64,000 nt of DNA from NCBI GenBank assembly GCA_002457145.1, contig NTJP01000009.1:3216-67215 (forward strand). The letters are read 5' to 3'. A program made the position numbers and the translations under genes. Below are positions 61,798 through 64,000 of the stretch, piece after piece. Under the pieces are notes generated by a model. That model was given only the letters and a program-made list of their open reading frames with translations. It did no database searches and was not told the DNA's origin. Source of the DNA: Marine Group II euryarchaeote MED-G38. GTDB taxonomy: Archaea; Thermoplasmatota; Poseidoniia; Poseidoniales; Thalassarchaeaceae. How positions within the stretch are numbered: position 1 is the first letter of the stretch; each line of letters starts with the position of its first letter.

Positions 61798-61899
61798 GGT
61801 TCTGGGAGGACCCTATGTAATATCATAGGTATGTTTATTCACAAAAAGATATATATTTTTACTAACGTATTTTATTAGTGGTACTAAGTACGATGTAAT

Positions 61900-62502
61900 G
61901 TGCTAAGTCAGATTATCGATACTACAGTTAATTGGGCCGATAATTGGGGGCTCATAGGTTTAGCAGTTGTATCGGCAAGTGAAGCGATGTTTCAACCAGC
62001 CCCTCCGGATTTATTGGTTATACCAATGGCATTGAATTCAAATGGTTCTATTTCAGAAATTATTGCTATAGTTCTTGTAGCAACTATTTTCAGTGTTTTG
62101 GGTTCTCTTGGAGGGTATGCAATTGGCATGTATGCAGGTAGACCATTTTTAGAAAAATTTGTTAAATCTGATACAATATCTAGACTTGATAATATATTCC
62201 TAAAATATGGAACAATGGGAGTTTTTATTGCTGCAATTTCTCCTATCCCATACAAAGCGTTTGCATGGGCCGCTGGTTCGGGAAAAATGAATCTAAATCT
62301 ATTTATTTTCGCTGGATTATTGGGTAGAGGTATAAGATTTGGTTTAGAGGGATTTTTATTGGGTTTTTATGGTGATGAGTTCTCAGATTTGATGTATAAT
62401 CATTTCTTTTGGTTAGCTGGAGGAATATTAGCTACTATATTTTTCATCCCTTTGAATGGATGGTGGAACTCACTAATTCAAAATAATACTGACGATTTAT
62501 GA
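61900..62502 (+). CDS. DedA/YqaA-family (VTT domain) membrane protein
   Basis: 200 aa, GTG start, 5-6 TM. 'SEAMFQPAPPDLLVIPM' and 'PYKAFAWAAG' are typical of the YqaA/DedA family. Confidence 0.65.
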   Translation: MLSQIIDTTVNWADNWGLIGLAVVSASEAMFQPAPPDLLVIPMALNSNGSISEIIAIVLVATIFSVLGSLGGYAIGMYAGRPFLEKFVKSDTISRLDNIFLKYGTMGVFIAAISPIPYKAFAWAAGSGKMNLNLFIFAGLLGRGIRFGLEGFLLGFYGDEFSDLMYNHFFWLAGGILATIFFIPLNGWWNSLIQNNTDDL

Positions 62503-62553
62503 AGTACTTTTAATCGAACCGATTATGTGTTATGCGCCTCTCGCGAGTCCGTC

Positions 62554-62631
62554 GCTCGTGTGGTGTAGTTCGGTCCATCATGCCGCCCTTTCGAGGCGGC
62601 GACCCGGGTTCAAATCCCGGCACGAGCACCA
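62554..62631 (+). tRNA. tRNA-Glu (anticodon UUC), CCA encoded
   Basis: Hand fold: acceptor GCTCGTG/CACGAGC, anticodon stem CCGCC/GGCGG with loop CTTTCGA, T-arm CCGGG-TTCAAAT-CCCGG, A + CCA. Confidence 0.9.
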
Positions 62632-62661
62632 TAAGTATAATTTTAGACCATAAAGATACTT

Positions 62662-63108
62662 TCATACTTCATGTTTTTCTATTGGTATCTTTCTTTTATT
62701 GGCTTCGTTAATGATAACTCTAGTCCACTTACTAGTTTCCGAAGGAATTGCTAGAATATGTGTAGCACCTTTCAATATCTTTTCTGTAAGAGTATTTGGC
62801 GCTTCGGCCCTACCTCTATCTACTAAACTTCTTGTAGAATCACTCCATTCTTCAGAAAATACAGCTATGGGAATTATATTGGCATCTGACCATCTTTCTG
62901 CCATATAATCTACGCCGCTCGCGCCTCCAACAATAATCAAATCCGGGTATCCAAATTTATCAACCCATTCTTCTATTATTTTTTCGAATATTTCAAAGTC
63001 ATAAAATCTGCTGGAACCTACTATTGCTAAATTAATTATCGCCCCATCTTTGTTCAAATCTTGACTCCCAAAAGATTCAACAGTTTGCTGGCCAGTATGC
63101 TCTGTCAC
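62662..63108 (-). CDS. DUF2493 / SLOG-fold (YspA-like) protein
   Basis: 148 aa, GTG start. 'LIIVGGASGVDYMAERWS....IAVFSEEW' resembles the DUF2493 Rossmann-like motif. Confidence 0.55.
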   Translation of the reverse strand: MTEHTGQQTVESFGSQDLNKDGAIINLAIVGSSRFYDFEIFEKIIEEWVDKFGYPDLIIVGGASGVDYMAERWSDANIIPIAVFSEEWSDSTRSLVDRGRAEAPNTLTEKILKGATHILAIPSETSKWTRVIINEANKRKIPIEKHEV

Positions 63109-63215
63109 GCTTCTTCAGAGGAGTGTTTACAGATAACTGCTTCCCTTTTTTTTGCATTATTCTCATACGCGACTTGATATTGCACGCCTGCTTGGAGTAT
63201 ACGCAGGTGTGTACA

Positions 63216-64000
63216 ATGGCGCTAAATCTAGAAGAAATTAGATCTGAGTTTCCCATACTGGAACGAAAGTTACCTAATGGAAAGCAATTAGTTTACTTTG
63301 ATAACGCAGCAACATCTCAAAAACCAAAATGTGTTATTTCTGCAATGTCAAATTATTACGAACAATATAATTCTAATGCTCACCGTGCAAATCATACATT
63401 AGCCGATGAAGCAACCACTGCTTTAGAGTCAGCAAGAGAAAATATTGCTAATTTTTTCGGTACTAGCCCAGATCAATTAATATATACAAGTGGTGCAACT
63501 GAAGCAATAAATTTAGTCGCTTTCTCCTGGGCGCGACAGAATCTTTCCAAAGATGATATCGTTGTTTTGACTGAGATGGAACACCATGCCGACATAGTTC
63601 CTTGGCAACAACTTTCAAAGGAAATAGGAATAGAAGTACGTTATGTACCCATTGATACTGAAACATTTTCTCTAGATATGGAAGCATTTTCTGTCGCCGT
63701 ATCAGGGGCATCTCTTGTTTGCGTGGTACATACGAGTAACGTTTTAGGAGTAAGAAATCCTATTGAAGATATAATTCAATTATCTCATTCCTCCGGGGCA
63801 AAAGTACTACTTGATTGTGCACAAGGAGCACCACATGAAAAAATATTATTTGATGATATGAATGCTGATTTTGTAGCCATTTCTGCTCATAAAATGGCTG
63901 GACCTACCGGTATTGGGTGCTTATTAGTAAAAAAAGAAATTATGAATCACATGTCCCCCTTCATGACTGGAGGATCAATGATAAGAACGGTAACCATTGA
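63216..64000 (+). CDS. sufS: Cysteine desulfurase SufS/CsdA (class V aminotransferase), 5' part; continues beyond window end
   Basis: Manual translation: MALNLEEIRSEFPILERKLPNGKQLVYFDNAATSQKPKCVISAMSNYYEQYNSNAHRANHTLADEAT.... Later 'SAHKMAGPTGIG' (PLP Lys). Open at the window edge, so absent from the track. Confidence 0.85.
   Translation, partial: MALNLEEIRSEFPILERKLPNGKQLVYFDNAATSQKPKCVISAMSNYYEQYNSNAHRANHTLADEATTALESARENIANFFGTSPDQLIYTSGATEAINLVAFSWARQNLSKDDIVVLTEMEHHADIVPWQQLSKEIGIEVRYVPIDTETFSLDMEAFSVAVSGASLVCVVHTSNVLGVRNPIEDIIQLSHSSGAKVLLDCAQGAPHEKILFDDMNADFVAISAHKMAGPTGIGCLLVKKEIMNHMSPFMTGGSMIRTVTI

Noticed and set aside
61802-61822. Small hairpin CCTATG-taatat-CATAGG upstream of nob1/dedA
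   Set aside because: The stem is only 6 bp and AT-rich. Such hairpins are expected by chance in this composition.
62554-63215. Possible integrated element at tRNA-Glu
   Set aside because: No integrase or transposase is present. I found no direct repeat of the tRNA 3' end within the downstream 600 nt. Only one small gene lies between the tRNA and sufS.

Overview
AT-rich, very densely packed chromosomal segment from an archaeon. No rRNA, CRISPR array, transposase, integrase or obvious mobile element was seen.

Archaeal markers are ribosomal proteins L10e, L44e, S27e and L37e, aIF2-alpha, Nop10, Csl4, the PolD small subunit, NMD3, Nob1 and a PAC2 proteasome chaperone. They are mixed with many bacterial-type genes:
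- DNA gyrase GyrB/GyrA, SufCBD, an Nfu-like protein and SufS
- RmuC, a class II CCA-adding enzyme, PepE, an M23 peptidase and CinA/PncC
- a CcmABCD-like heme exporter
- ETF alpha/beta with three acyl-CoA-type catabolic genes

This gene mix, plus two giant membrane-anchored secreted hydrolases (a 1371-aa HExxH metalloprotease with PKD repeats and a 1637-aa subtilisin with CARDB repeats), is reminiscent of marine planktonic Thermoplasmatota (Marine Group II / Poseidoniales-like). That assignment is an inference from gene content only.

Three tRNAs were found by hand folding: Ser-GCU, Val-UAC and Glu-UUC. Two small genes missed by the ORF track were recovered (ribosomal protein S27e and a CcmD-like peptide), as were two genes truncated by the window edges (L10e and SufS).

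Most interesting observations:
- an exosome cap protein Csl4 fused to an extra zinc ribbon and a canonical RRM domain
- a translationally coupled operon of membrane-anchored glutaminyl cyclase, a membrane protein and a thymidylate-kinase fusion, lying divergent from the giant metalloprotease
- a rhomboid protease directly upstream of the single-pass-anchored subtilisin, both ending in cytoplasmic zinc ribbons
- a perfect 12+12 inverted repeat in the gyrB leader
- a shared GC-rich leader motif upstream of two r-protein genes
- a zinc-ligand-free L44e and a lipoyl-lysine-less GcvH paralog

All functional calls rest on motif recognition by eye. No database search was run.
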